Of a DNA stretch of 64,000 bases, positions 55,007 through 64,000 are shown piece by piece. The stretch covers positions 509 through 64,508 of the forward strand of contig QHSO01000031.1 in NCBI GenBank assembly GCA_003220475.1, written 5' to 3'. Numbering within the stretch: position 1 is the stretch's first letter; every line of letters starts with the position of its first letter. The notes under the pieces were generated by a model. The model was not told the DNA's origin. It did not search any database and worked only from the letters and a program-made list of their open reading frames with translations. The position numbers were made by a program, and so were the translations under genes. The stretch comes from Candidatus Rokuibacteriota bacterium. GTDB taxonomy: Bacteria > Methylomirabilota > Methylomirabilia > Rokubacteriales > CSP1-6.

Positions 55007-56209
55007 ATGCGTCGCGTGTTCTACGGCTGGATCGTCGTCGCTGCCTCCGCCGCCATCGTCTGCATCGGCATGGGCTGCCTGTTCGCGCTGGGCGTATTCC
55101 TCGTCCCGATCGAGCGCGCGATGGGCTGGAGCCGCGGCGCGATCTCGACGGTCGCGCTGCTCAACTGGATCGCGATGGGCCTCGGCTCGTTCTTCTGGGG
55201 CGCGCTCTCCGATCGCATCGGCGGCCGCGGCGTTGCGGTCGGCGGTGGCGTTCTGCTCGGTCTCGGGCTCGTGCTCGCAAGCCAGGCGCAGGCGCTGTGG
55301 CAGTTCTACGTCACGTTCGGCTTTCTCGTCGGGTTCGCCGTCGGCGCCTTCTACGCACCGCTGACGTCCACGACCACCAAATGGTTCACGGCGCGGCGCG
55401 GCCTGGCCGTCGCGCTCGTCGCCGCGGGCATCGGCTTCGGCATTCTGCTGATCGCGCCGCTGGCGCGCGCGCTGACGAGCGCGTGGGACTGGCGCGTCGC
55501 GATGCTGGTGCTCGGCGATCTGGCGTGGCTCGTCATCGTGCCCGTCGCCCTGCTGCTGCGCGAGCCGGCGAGCGAGGATCGGCCCGCGCCGGCCCCGGGT
55601 GCGACCCGGCGCGAGTACACGACGCGCGAGGTGCTGGCGGCGCCGCAGTTCTGGGCCATCGCGCTCACCCACTTCGCGTGCTGCGCCGCGCACTCGGGGC
55701 CGATCTTCCACATGGTCACGCACGCCACGGACCAGGGCGTGGCCGTCATGGCGGCGGCGACGGTGTTCGGCATCTCCGGCCTCGCCTCGATCGCCGGCCG
55801 TGTCGGTGGCGGGCTGCTCGCCGACCGCTTCGGCGCCAAGCCGACGCTGATCACCGGTCTGGCGATACAGGCCGCGATGATCTTCGGTTATCTCTTCGCG
55901 CGCGACCTCGGCGCCTTCGTGGGCCTCGCGCTGGTCTTCGGCGCGGCGTACGGCGGGGTCATGCCCCTCTACGCGCTGGTCACGCGCGAGTACTTCGGCG
56001 AAAAGGTCATGGGCACCGCGTACGGCGCGGTCTTCCTGATCTCGACGCTCGGCATGGGGGTCGGCTCGTTCGCTGGCGGCGCGATCTACGATCGGCTCGG
56101 CGCATACACGTGGCTGTTCCTCGGCTCTGCCGCGATCGGCGTGATGGCCGTCGTGCTCGCCTTCACCTTCCGCCGCCCGCGCGTCGGCGCCCTTCAGCCC
56201 GCTTTCTAG
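55007..56209 (+). CDS. MFS transporter (oxalate/formate antiporter-like)
   Basis: MRRVFYGWIVVAASAAIVCIGMG...GALSDRIGGR..., 400 aa. Confidence 0.8.
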   Translation: MRRVFYGWIVVAASAAIVCIGMGCLFALGVFLVPIERAMGWSRGAISTVALLNWIAMGLGSFFWGALSDRIGGRGVAVGGGVLLGLGLVLASQAQALWQFYVTFGFLVGFAVGAFYAPLTSTTTKWFTARRGLAVALVAAGIGFGILLIAPLARALTSAWDWRVAMLVLGDLAWLVIVPVALLLREPASEDRPAPAPGATRREYTTREVLAAPQFWAIALTHFACCAAHSGPIFHMVTHATDQGVAVMAAATVFGISGLASIAGRVGGGLLADRFGAKPTLITGLAIQAAMIFGYLFARDLGAFVGLALVFGAAYGGVMPLYALVTREYFGEKVMGTAYGAVFLISTLGMGVGSFAGGAIYDRLGAYTWLFLGSAAIGVMAVVLAFTFRRPRVGALQPAF

Positions 56210-56241
56210 GCTCGCCTGGGACCGCCGAGCGGCCGCGGCCA

Positions 56242-56271
56242 TTGACGTGTGGCCCCCGGCGGTGGTATCAC
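56242..56271 (+). promoter_or_regulatory. possible sigma70-like promoter for the binding-protein array
   Basis: TTGACG (56242-47), an 18-nt spacer, then TATCAC (56266-71). Followed by GTCAC-N6-GTCAC. This is a weak call. Confidence 0.3.
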
Positions 56272-56400
56272 TGCGTCACTTTTCTGTCACGTTTCCCGGA
56301 GGTTTAGCCCGCACACCAGGCCGCCTGCCCGGTCGCGATGTTCCCAGGGAAACCAGCGCAGCCCGTGCGCCAGTTAAAAGGATCAAGGAGGATCCAACGA

Positions 56401-57705
56401 ATGGACGTGAAGTCGATGGATCGGCGACATTTCATCAAGGTCACTGGCATCGCCGGCATTCTGGCCGCGCGGCAGGCCCCGGCGTTCGCGCAGGGAAGCA
56501 CGCTGCACTGGGTGCGGTGGGTGGACTTCATTCCGGAATCGGACGTCGAGCTCAAGCGCCAGATGCCGGAGGCGGAAAAGGCGCTCGGCGCGAAGATCCA
56601 GTTCGAGACCATCAACGCCAACGACCTGCAGGCGCGCATCACCGCAGCGGTCCAGTCCGGGAGCGGCGCCGACATCTTCAACTTCCAGTACAACTGGGCG
56701 CACCTCTACCAGAACGCCGTCATCGACGTCAGCGACGTCGCGAACGCGCTGTCGAAGGCGGAGGGTGGCTTCTACGAGGTCTGGGCGCCGTCCTGCCAGG
56801 TCAACGGCAAGTGGCTCTCGGCGCCGCACTCGATCGTCGGCAACGCCGTCGCGTACCGGAAGTCGTGGCTGAAGGAGGCGGGGGCGAGTGCCTATCCCAA
56901 GACGTGGGACGAGGCGCGCAAGCTCTTCGCCGGGCTCAAGAAGAAGGGCAAGCCGTACGGACAGACGCTCGGCCACACGTTCGGTGACGCCCCCACCTTC
57001 ACCTATCCGATGACGTGGGCGTTCGGCGCCGCCGAGACCGACAAGTCGGGCAAGAAGGTCGTCTTGAACAGCAAGGGCGCCGTCGAGGCCGTGAAGTTCA
57101 TGCAGGCCTTCTGGAAAGAATGCTGCGACGAGGGCGGACTGGCGTGGGACGACACGAACAACAACCGCGCCTTCCACGCCGGCGAGATCTCGGCCACGCT
57201 CAACGGCGCGTCCATCTACATCGTCGCCAAGCGGCAGAAGGAAAAGATCAAGGACGACAAGGGCGAGCCGCTGTTCCAGGACATCGACCACGCGCCGCTG
57301 CCGACCGGGCCCTCGGGCGGCTATCTGTTGTTCCTCAACCAGTCGCACGCCGTCATGAAGTATTCGAAGAATCCCAAGCTCGCGAAGGACTTCCTCACCT
57401 GGCTGCACAAGCCCGAGAACTACGGCAAGTGGTTCGCCTCGCAGGAAGGCTATTCGGTCGGCTCCACCCACAAGTGGGAGAACGACCCGATGTGGGGCAA
57501 GCTGGACGAGCCGCTCAAGATGTTCCGTACGGCCGCGCGCAACACGCGGCTGTTCGGCTATGCCGGGCCCGCGACGGCGAAGGCCACCGAGGCGTACACG
57601 AAGTACATCATCACTGACATGTACGCCAAGGGCGTGCAGGGCACGTCGGCCGAGGACGCCGTGAAGTGGGCGGAGTCCGAACTCAAGAAGATCTACGAAG
57701 GCTAA
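56401..57705 (+). CDS. ABC transporter substrate-binding protein (family 1, sugar type), TAT signal, paralogue A
   Basis: AAGGAGGA Shine-Dalgarno. MDVKSMDRRHFIKVTGIAGILAARQAPAFAQG. Shares the WDDTNNNRAF and KYSKNPKLAKDFL blocks with paralogues B-D. Confidence 0.88.
   Translation: MDVKSMDRRHFIKVTGIAGILAARQAPAFAQGSTLHWVRWVDFIPESDVELKRQMPEAEKALGAKIQFETINANDLQARITAAVQSGSGADIFNFQYNWAHLYQNAVIDVSDVANALSKAEGGFYEVWAPSCQVNGKWLSAPHSIVGNAVAYRKSWLKEAGASAYPKTWDEARKLFAGLKKKGKPYGQTLGHTFGDAPTFTYPMTWAFGAAETDKSGKKVVLNSKGAVEAVKFMQAFWKECCDEGGLAWDDTNNNRAFHAGEISATLNGASIYIVAKRQKEKIKDDKGEPLFQDIDHAPLPTGPSGGYLLFLNQSHAVMKYSKNPKLAKDFLTWLHKPENYGKWFASQEGYSVGSTHKWENDPMWGKLDEPLKMFRTAARNTRLFGYAGPATAKATEAYTKYIITDMYAKGVQGTSAEDAVKWAESELKKIYEG
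56837..56995 (+). repeat. 159-nt tract 100% identical to 58155-58313 (paralogue A versus B)
   Basis: Compared base by base. The flanking sequence of A and B is clearly diverged. Confidence 0.9.
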
Positions 57706-57733
57706 CGCGTCGTCGACGACGAGGAGGGGCCCG

Positions 57734-58906
57734 ATGGAACGCCGATCGTTCCTCAAGCTGACGGGTATCGCTGGGATCCTGGCCACCCACCGGGCCCCCG
57801 CCTTCGCACAGGGGACCAAGCTGCACATCGTGCGTTGGGTCGACTTCATCCCCGAGGCCGACGTCGAGCTCAAGCGCCAGGCGCCGGAGGCGTCCAAGGC
57901 GCTCGGCGCCGAGGTGCAGCTCGAGTTCATCAACGCCAACGACCTGCAGCCACGCATCACGGCGGCGATCCAGTCGGGAAGCGGCGCCGACATCATCCAG
58001 ATGCTGTGGAACTGGCCGCAGCTCTATGCCAATGGCCTCCTCGACGTCTCCGACGTCGCCGAGCCGATCGGTAAGGCGCAGGGCGGGTTCTACGAGGTCT
58101 TCGACGCGGCCGCCAAGGTCAACGGCCGCTGGCTGGCCGTGCCGCACGCCGTCATCGGCAACGCCGTCGCGTACCGGAAGTCGTGGCTGAAGGAGGCGGG
58201 GGCGAGTGCCTATCCCAAGACGTGGGACGAGGCGCGCAAGCTCTTCGCCGGGCTCAAGAAGAAGGGCAAGCCGTACGGACAGACGCTCGGCCACACGTTC
58301 GGTGACGCCCCCAAGGACGCCTGCGACGAGGGCGGCCTCGCATGGGATGACACGAACAACAACCGCGCCTTCCACGCCGGCGAGATCGCCGCGACGCTGA
58401 ACGGCGCCTCGATCTATATCGTCGCCAAGCGCCAGCGGGACAAGATCAAGGACGAGAAGGGCGAGCCGCTCGTCCAGGACATCGAGCACGCGGCGTTGAT
58501 GCCCGCAGGCCCGGCCGGCCAGTTCGCGCTCTACGGCGGCCAGCAGCACTCGATCATGAAGTACAGCAAGAACGTCAAGCTCGCGAAGGACTTCCTCCGC
58601 TGGCTGCACCAGAAGGAAAACTACGAGAAGTGGTTCCAGGTGAACGAGGGCTACTCGGTCGGCTCGACCAAGGTCTGGGAAGAGCACCCGATGTGGGGGC
58701 AGATCGACAAGCCGCTGCAGGTCTTCCGGCAGGCGGTGCGCAAGACGTTTGCCTTCGGGCATCCCGGGCCGGCATCCGCCAAGGCGACCGAAGCCTACAC
58801 GAAGTACATCATCGTCGACATGTACGCCAAGGCGGCGCAGGGCATGAAGGCAGAGGAGGCCGTGAAGTGGGCCGAGACCGAGCTCAAGAAGATCTACGAG
58901 GGTTGA
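57734..58906 (+). CDS. ABC substrate-binding protein paralogue B (40-codon internal in-frame deletion)
   Basis: GAGGAGGGG Shine-Dalgarno. MERRSFLKLTGIAGILATHRAPAFAQG. 390 aa against 430-434 aa for A, C and D; GDAP is joined directly to KDACDEGG. Confidence 0.8.
   Translation: MERRSFLKLTGIAGILATHRAPAFAQGTKLHIVRWVDFIPEADVELKRQAPEASKALGAEVQLEFINANDLQPRITAAIQSGSGADIIQMLWNWPQLYANGLLDVSDVAEPIGKAQGGFYEVFDAAAKVNGRWLAVPHAVIGNAVAYRKSWLKEAGASAYPKTWDEARKLFAGLKKKGKPYGQTLGHTFGDAPKDACDEGGLAWDDTNNNRAFHAGEIAATLNGASIYIVAKRQRDKIKDEKGEPLVQDIEHAALMPAGPAGQFALYGGQQHSIMKYSKNVKLAKDFLRWLHQKENYEKWFQVNEGYSVGSTKVWEEHPMWGQIDKPLQVFRQAVRKTFAFGHPGPASAKATEAYTKYIIVDMYAKAAQGMKAEEAVKWAETELKKIYEG
57794..57916 (+). repeat. 123-nt tract 100% identical to 58969-59091 (paralogue B versus C)
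   Basis: Compared base by base. Confidence 0.9.
58155..58313 (+). repeat. 159-nt tract 100% identical to 56837-56995; ends exactly at the deletion junction in B
   Basis: Compared base by base. Confidence 0.9.
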
Positions 58907-58908
58907 GC

Positions 58909-60201
58909 ATGGAACGCCGAGCTTTTCTCAAGATCACCGGCCTCGCCGGCATCCTGGCCGCTCATCGCGCCCCCGCCTTCGCACAGGGGACCAAGCTGCA
59001 CATCGTGCGTTGGGTCGACTTCATCCCCGAGGCCGACGTCGAGCTCAAGCGCCAGGCGCCGGAGGCGTCCAAGGCGCTCGGCGCCGAGGTGACGTTTGAG
59101 TTCATCAACGCCAACGACCTGCAGCCGCGCATCACCGCCGCCATTCAATCCGGCAGCGGCGCCGACATCATCCAGATGCTCTGGAACTGGCCGCACCTCT
59201 ACGCGAATGGCCTCGTCGACGTCTCCGACGTGGCCGAGCCGATCGGCAAGAGTCAGGGCGGGTTCTACGACGTGTTCAGCGCCAGCGCCAAGGTGGGCGG
59301 CAAGTGGCTCTCGATGCCGCACGGCGTGGGCGCGAATGCGATCGCCTATCGCCGCTCCTGGCTCGACGAGGTCGGTGCCAAGGAATTCCCGAAGACCTGG
59401 GACGAGTACCGTGAAGTGGGAAAGAAACTGAAGGCGAAGGGCAGGCCGGTCGGCCAGGCGCTCGGCCACAGCTTCGGCGATCCTCCGACCTTCGCGTATC
59501 CGTTCCTCTGGGACTTCGGCGGCGCCGAGGTCGACCGGTCGGGCAAGAAGGTGGCGATCAACAGCAAGGGCGCCATCGAGGCCGTGAAGTTCTTGCAGGC
59601 ATTCTGGAAAGAATGCTGCGACGAGGGCGGACTGGCGTGGGACGACACCAACAACAACCGTGCCTTCCACGCCGGGGAGATCTCGGCCACGCTCAACGGC
59701 GCCTCGATCTACATCGTCGCCAAGCGGCAGAAGGACAAGATCAAGGACGAGAAGGGCGAGCCGCTCTTCCAGGACATCGAGCACGCGGCGCCGATGCCCA
59801 AAGGCCCCGGCGGTCAGTTCGCGCTTTACGTCCCCTTCCAGCACTCGATCATGAAGTACAGCAAGAACCCGAAGCTCGCGAAGGACTTCCTCAAGTGGCT
59901 CCATGAGGACGCGAACTACGGCAAGTGGTTCGAGGTCAACGAGGGCTACAGCGTCGGGTCCACCAAGAAATGGGAAGAGCACCCGATGTGGGCGAGGATC
60001 GACAAGCCGCTACAGGTCTTCCGCAAGGCCGCGCGCGCCGCGAACATGCTCGGCTATCCCGGCCCCGCCACCGCCAAAGCCACCGAGGCCTACACGAAGT
60101 ACATCGTCGTCGACATGTTCGCCAAGGGCGTCCAGGGCACGAAGGCCGAGGACGCCGTGAAGTGGGCCGAGACCGAGCTGAAGAAAATTTACGAGGGCTG
60201 A
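58909..60201 (+). CDS. ABC substrate-binding protein paralogue C
   Basis: ATG lies 2 nt after the B stop. MERRAFLKITGLAGILAAHRAPAFAQG. Confidence 0.88.
   Translation: MERRAFLKITGLAGILAAHRAPAFAQGTKLHIVRWVDFIPEADVELKRQAPEASKALGAEVTFEFINANDLQPRITAAIQSGSGADIIQMLWNWPHLYANGLVDVSDVAEPIGKSQGGFYDVFSASAKVGGKWLSMPHGVGANAIAYRRSWLDEVGAKEFPKTWDEYREVGKKLKAKGRPVGQALGHSFGDPPTFAYPFLWDFGGAEVDRSGKKVAINSKGAIEAVKFLQAFWKECCDEGGLAWDDTNNNRAFHAGEISATLNGASIYIVAKRQKDKIKDEKGEPLFQDIEHAAPMPKGPGGQFALYVPFQHSIMKYSKNPKLAKDFLKWLHEDANYGKWFEVNEGYSVGSTKKWEEHPMWARIDKPLQVFRKAARAANMLGYPGPATAKATEAYTKYIVVDMFAKGVQGTKAEDAVKWAETELKKIYEG
58969..59091 (+). repeat. 123-nt tract 100% identical to 57794-57916
   Basis: Compared base by base. 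Confidence 0.9.
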
Positions 60202-60203
60202 GC

Positions 60204-61505
60204 ATGACGACACGACGGATCACCCGGCGCACGTTCGTGAAGGCCGCGGCCACGGCGGCGGCGGTGACGGCGGCCGGCCGCGCGCCGGCGTTCGCGCAGG
60301 GCACGAAGCTGCACATCCTGCGCTGGGTCGATTTCATCCCGGCCTGCGACGTCGAGCTGAAGAAGCAGGCGGCCGACGCGTCGAAACTGCTCGGCGCGGA
60401 GGTGCAGTTCGAATTCATCAACGCCAACGACCTGCAGTCGCGGATCACCGCGTCGGTCCAGTCGCAGAGCGGCCCCGACATCATCCATATGCTGCACAAC
60501 TGGCCGCACCTCTACGAGAACGGGCTCCTGGACGTCAGCGATCTCGCGGACTGGCAGGGGAAGGACCAGGGTGGCTTCTACCCGCAGTCGGAGGCGTACG
60601 CGAAGGTCGGCGGCCGCTTTCTCGCGCTGCCCCACAGCATCGTGCCCGGGCTGATCGCCTACCGGAAGTCGTGGTTCGACGAGATCGGCGTCAAGACGTT
60701 CCCGAAGACCTACGACGATCTGCGCGCGGTCGGCACCCAGCTGAAGAAGAAGGGCCATCCGTACGGACAGACGCTGGGCCACACGTTCGGCGACGCGCCC
60801 GCGTGGGCGTACCCGCTCATGTGGAACTTCGGCGGACAGGAGACCGATCGCAGCGGCAAGACGGCCATCGACGGCAAGGGCTCCGTCGAGGCCGTGAAGT
60901 TCATGACCGCCTTCTGGAAGGACGCGTGCGACGAAGGCGGCCTGGCGTGGGACGATACCAACAACAACCGCGCGTTCCTCGGTGGTGAGATCTGCGCCAC
61001 GCTCAACGGCGCGTCGATCTACATCGCGGCCAAGCGCGGGCAGGAGAAGATCAAGGACGAGCGCGGTGAGCCGCTGGTGCGCGACATCCAGCACGCGCGG
61101 CTGCCGGCGGGACCGGCCGGCTCGTGGAGTTACCACACCGCCTTCGCGCACGGGGTGATGAAGTACACGAAGAACCCGAAGCTCGCGAAGGACTTCCTGA
61201 AGTGGTTCCACGGTCAGGAGGCGTTCGGGCGCTGGTTCGAAGTGGCCGAGGGCTTCTCCGTCGGCGCCACGAAGCGCTGGGAGCGCCATCCGCTCTGGAC
61301 CACGATCGACGAGCCGATGAAGGGTTTCCGGACGGCGCCCGACAACTCGCGTACGATGGGCTACGCTGGTCCGCCCTCGGCGAAGGCGACGGAGGTCTAC
61401 AGCAAGTACGTGATCGTGGATATGTTCGCCAAGGGCGCCCAGGCGGCCCGGCCGGAGGACGCCGTCAAGTGGGCGGCCGCCGAGCTGAAGAAGATTTACG
61501 GATAA
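60204..61505 (+). CDS. ABC substrate-binding protein paralogue D
   Basis: ATG lies 2 nt after the C stop. MTTRRITRRTFVKAAATAAAVTAAGRAPAFAQG. Confidence 0.88.
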   Translation: MTTRRITRRTFVKAAATAAAVTAAGRAPAFAQGTKLHILRWVDFIPACDVELKKQAADASKLLGAEVQFEFINANDLQSRITASVQSQSGPDIIHMLHNWPHLYENGLLDVSDLADWQGKDQGGFYPQSEAYAKVGGRFLALPHSIVPGLIAYRKSWFDEIGVKTFPKTYDDLRAVGTQLKKKGHPYGQTLGHTFGDAPAWAYPLMWNFGGQETDRSGKTAIDGKGSVEAVKFMTAFWKDACDEGGLAWDDTNNNRAFLGGEICATLNGASIYIAAKRGQEKIKDERGEPLVRDIQHARLPAGPAGSWSYHTAFAHGVMKYTKNPKLAKDFLKWFHGQEAFGRWFEVAEGFSVGATKRWERHPLWTTIDEPMKGFRTAPDNSRTMGYAGPPSAKATEVYSKYVIVDMFAKGAQAARPEDAVKWAAAELKKIYG

Positions 61506-61518
61506 GCAGGGCGCAGCG

Positions 61519-62478
61519 GTGAAGAAACCGATCGCGGGCGGAACGAACGGCGCGGTGGTGGTGGCGCTGCCCCACCCGCGCACCCGGCACTCCCGAGGGT
61601 TGACGCGCTTCCTCGAGAGCGAGCGCCTGCTCGCCGCGCTGCTGCTGACACCGACCGTGTTGTTGCTCGGCATGTTCATCGCCTACCCGTTCGTTTCCGG
61701 CGTATGGCTGTCGCTGTCCGACACGAGCGTCGGCAATCCCGGGCACTTCGTGGGGCTGCACAACTTCGTCAAGGCGTGGGACGACTCGATCTTCCGGGAG
61801 GCGTTCGGCAACACGGTCTTCTATACGTTCTGGGCGACCATCTTCAAGCTGGTGCTCGGCATGTGGCTGGCGCTGCTGCTCAATCGATCGTTCCGCGGCA
61901 AGCGGCTGGTGCGTGCGTCCATGCTGCTGCCGTTCATCATCCCGACCGTGCTGTCGACCTTCGCCTGGCGCTGGATGTTCGATCCGACGTTCAGCGTGCT
62001 CAACTGGCTGCTCTATCGCACGGGCTTCATCGTTACCAAGATCCCGTTCCTGTCCGACGGCGTGTACGGCATGTGGTGCGCCATCGTCGTCAATACGTGG
62101 CGCGGCATGCCGTTCTTCGCGATCACGCTGCTGGCGGGGTTGCAGACGATCAACCCCGATCTGCACGAAGCGGCCTCGCTGGACGGCGCCAACGGCTGGA
62201 AGCGCTTCTGGCACGTGACCTGGCCGCTGCTCAAGCCGGTGACGCTCGTGGTCGTGGTGTTCTCGATCATCCAGACGTTCTCGGACTTCCAGCTCATCTA
62301 CGTGCTCACCGGCGGTGGACCGGCGAACTCGACGCATCTGCTCGCGACGTATGCCTACCAGATCGGTGTGGCCACCGGCCTGCTCGGTGAGGGCGCCGCC
62401 ATCTCGCTCTTCATGCTGCCGGTGCTGTTCATCGTGGTCTGGGTGCAGCTGCGCTACCTGCGCAGACTGGAAGCGTAA
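61519..62478 (+). CDS. carbohydrate ABC transporter permease (MalF/UgpA type)
   Basis: LLLTPTVLLLGMFIAYPFVSGVWLSLSD and the EAA loop HEAASLDGANGWKRFWHVTWPLLKP. Confidence 0.88.
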   Translation: MKKPIAGGTNGAVVVALPHPRTRHSRGLTRFLESERLLAALLLTPTVLLLGMFIAYPFVSGVWLSLSDTSVGNPGHFVGLHNFVKAWDDSIFREAFGNTVFYTFWATIFKLVLGMWLALLLNRSFRGKRLVRASMLLPFIIPTVLSTFAWRWMFDPTFSVLNWLLYRTGFIVTKIPFLSDGVYGMWCAIVVNTWRGMPFFAITLLAGLQTINPDLHEAASLDGANGWKRFWHVTWPLLKPVTLVVVVFSIIQTFSDFQLIYVLTGGGPANSTHLLATYAYQIGVATGLLGEGAAISLFMLPVLFIVVWVQLRYLRRLEA

Positions 62479-62561
62479 TGCCGGTGAGATCGGGCGTGTC
62501 GGAGCCACGCGCATCTAGCTCAGGCCACCCGCGGTTCTACCCGATCTGGAGCCCTCGATAA

Positions 62562-63413
62562 ATGGTCATCGAGCGGCCGTGGAAGCGGTGGGTGTACTTC
62601 TACATCCCGCTCACGCTCTTCATCATCGGCACGCTCTTTCCGTTCTACTGGATGCTCATCACCGCCATCCGACCCGACGCGGAGCTCTATCGCTCGTGGC
62701 GCGCCGTCAACAACACGCCGTTCTGGACGCTGCATCCGACCCTCGAGCACTTCCGCGATCTGTTCGAGAAGACGACCTTTCCGTACTGGCTCTGGAACAC
62801 CTTCTTCATCGCCGTGGTGTCCACCGGCATCTCGTTGTTTTGTGGCCTGCTGGCCGGCTACGCGCTGGCGCGGCTGAAATTCCCGATGGCGGGGACGCTC
62901 GGCACCTCGATCTTCGTCACCTATCTCGTGCCGCCGACATTGTTGTTCATTCCGCTGGCCGACATCATCCGCAACCTTCAGCTCGGCAATACGCCGTGGG
63001 CGCTGATCCTCACCTATCCGACGTTTCTGATCCCCTTCTGTACCTGGCTGTTGATGGGGTACTTCAAGACGATTCCGAAAGAGCTCGAAGAGTGCGCGCG
63101 CATCGATGGCGCCACGCGCTTCGGGGCCATGACGCGGATCATCTTTCCGATCGCCGTGCCCGGCATCCTGTCGGCGGGCATCTTCGCGTTCACGCTGTCG
63201 TGGAACGAGTTCATCTACGCGCTCGTGTTCCTCTCGTCGCCGGAGCGCAAGACGGTGCCCGTGGGCGTCGTCTCCGAGATGATCCGCGGCGACATCTACT
63301 TCTGGGGGCAACTCATGGCGGGCGCGCTGCTCGGCAGCATCCCGGTCGCGCTCGTCTACTCCTTCTTCGTCGAATACTACGTCACGGGCCTCACCGGCTC
63401 GGTCAAGGGGTGA
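62562..63413 (+). CDS. carbohydrate ABC transporter permease (MalG/UgpE type)
   Basis: LFPFYWMLITAIRP and the EAA loop ELEECARIDGATRFGAMTRIIFPIAVPG. Confidence 0.88.
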   Translation: MVIERPWKRWVYFYIPLTLFIIGTLFPFYWMLITAIRPDAELYRSWRAVNNTPFWTLHPTLEHFRDLFEKTTFPYWLWNTFFIAVVSTGISLFCGLLAGYALARLKFPMAGTLGTSIFVTYLVPPTLLFIPLADIIRNLQLGNTPWALILTYPTFLIPFCTWLLMGYFKTIPKELEECARIDGATRFGAMTRIIFPIAVPGILSAGIFAFTLSWNEFIYALVFLSSPERKTVPVGVVSEMIRGDIYFWGQLMAGALLGSIPVALVYSFFVEYYVTGLTGSVKG

Positions 63414-63466
63414 GCCCAAGCGCCCGGAGCACCCGACTCCGGGGAACCTATTGAGGGGAGACACGA

Positions 63467-64000
<534 letters not shown>

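Noticed and set aside
56401-61505. Tandem SBP genes as a simple assembly duplication artefact.
   Set aside because: The four copies are clearly diverged outside the short identical tracts and have distinct signal peptides, so they are genuine paralogues. Only the mosaic tracts and the copy-B deletion remain suspect.

Overview
High-GC (about 70% by eye) chromosomal segment from a diderm-type bacterium (kdsB, secDF-yajC, SpoIID/LytB present). I cannot assign a taxon. No rRNA, tRNA, CRISPR, transposase or integrase was seen. Genes are tightly packed, and many neighbours overlap by 4 nt (ATGA, GTGA, TTGA and apparently CTGA).

Gene content from left to right:
- CoxG / PaaK-like / alcohol dehydrogenase / acyl-CoA synthetase cluster.
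- Clp1-like kinase coupled to an aminotransferase.
- coaD-rsmD-recG and rpmB.
- An AbiEi-like winged-helix protein with a palindromic operator.
- relA, secDF-yajC-tgt-queA, ruvCAB-yebC.
- A peptide ABC operon with two binding proteins.
- A pupylation-proteasome cluster: mpa, dop, prcB, prcA, pafA.
- Bactofilin.
- An NRAMP-related transporter with two PRC-barrel genes.
- One coupled gene string from a lanthanide-type PQQ dehydrogenase (XoxF-like) through XoxJ, cytochrome c, CoxB/A/C and CtaG.
- Amidohydrolase, LLM oxidoreductase, kdsB and two MFS transporters.
- A sugar-type ABC locus with four tandem paralogous TAT-signal binding proteins.

Most interesting observations:
1. The proteasome cluster has no pup/UBact gene in the canonical dop-prcB slot, and prcB is disrupted at its 3' end.
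2. The NRAMP-family transporter has its metal-binding motifs changed (DPGN to EAGS, MPH to TPY) and sits divergently next to the lanthanide-signature (DYD) dehydrogenase.
3. The dehydrogenase is fused into one operon with its own terminal oxidase.
4. The four-copy binding-protein array is mosaic, with perfectly identical tracts and a 40-codon in-frame deletion.
5. Several genes can only start at CTG.

Caveat: four or five independent reading-frame problems (rsmD, spoIID/csaA, prcB, the post-pafA membrane gene, the SBP-B deletion) suggest assembly errors or real gene decay. All coordinates and motifs come from manual reading; no searches were run.
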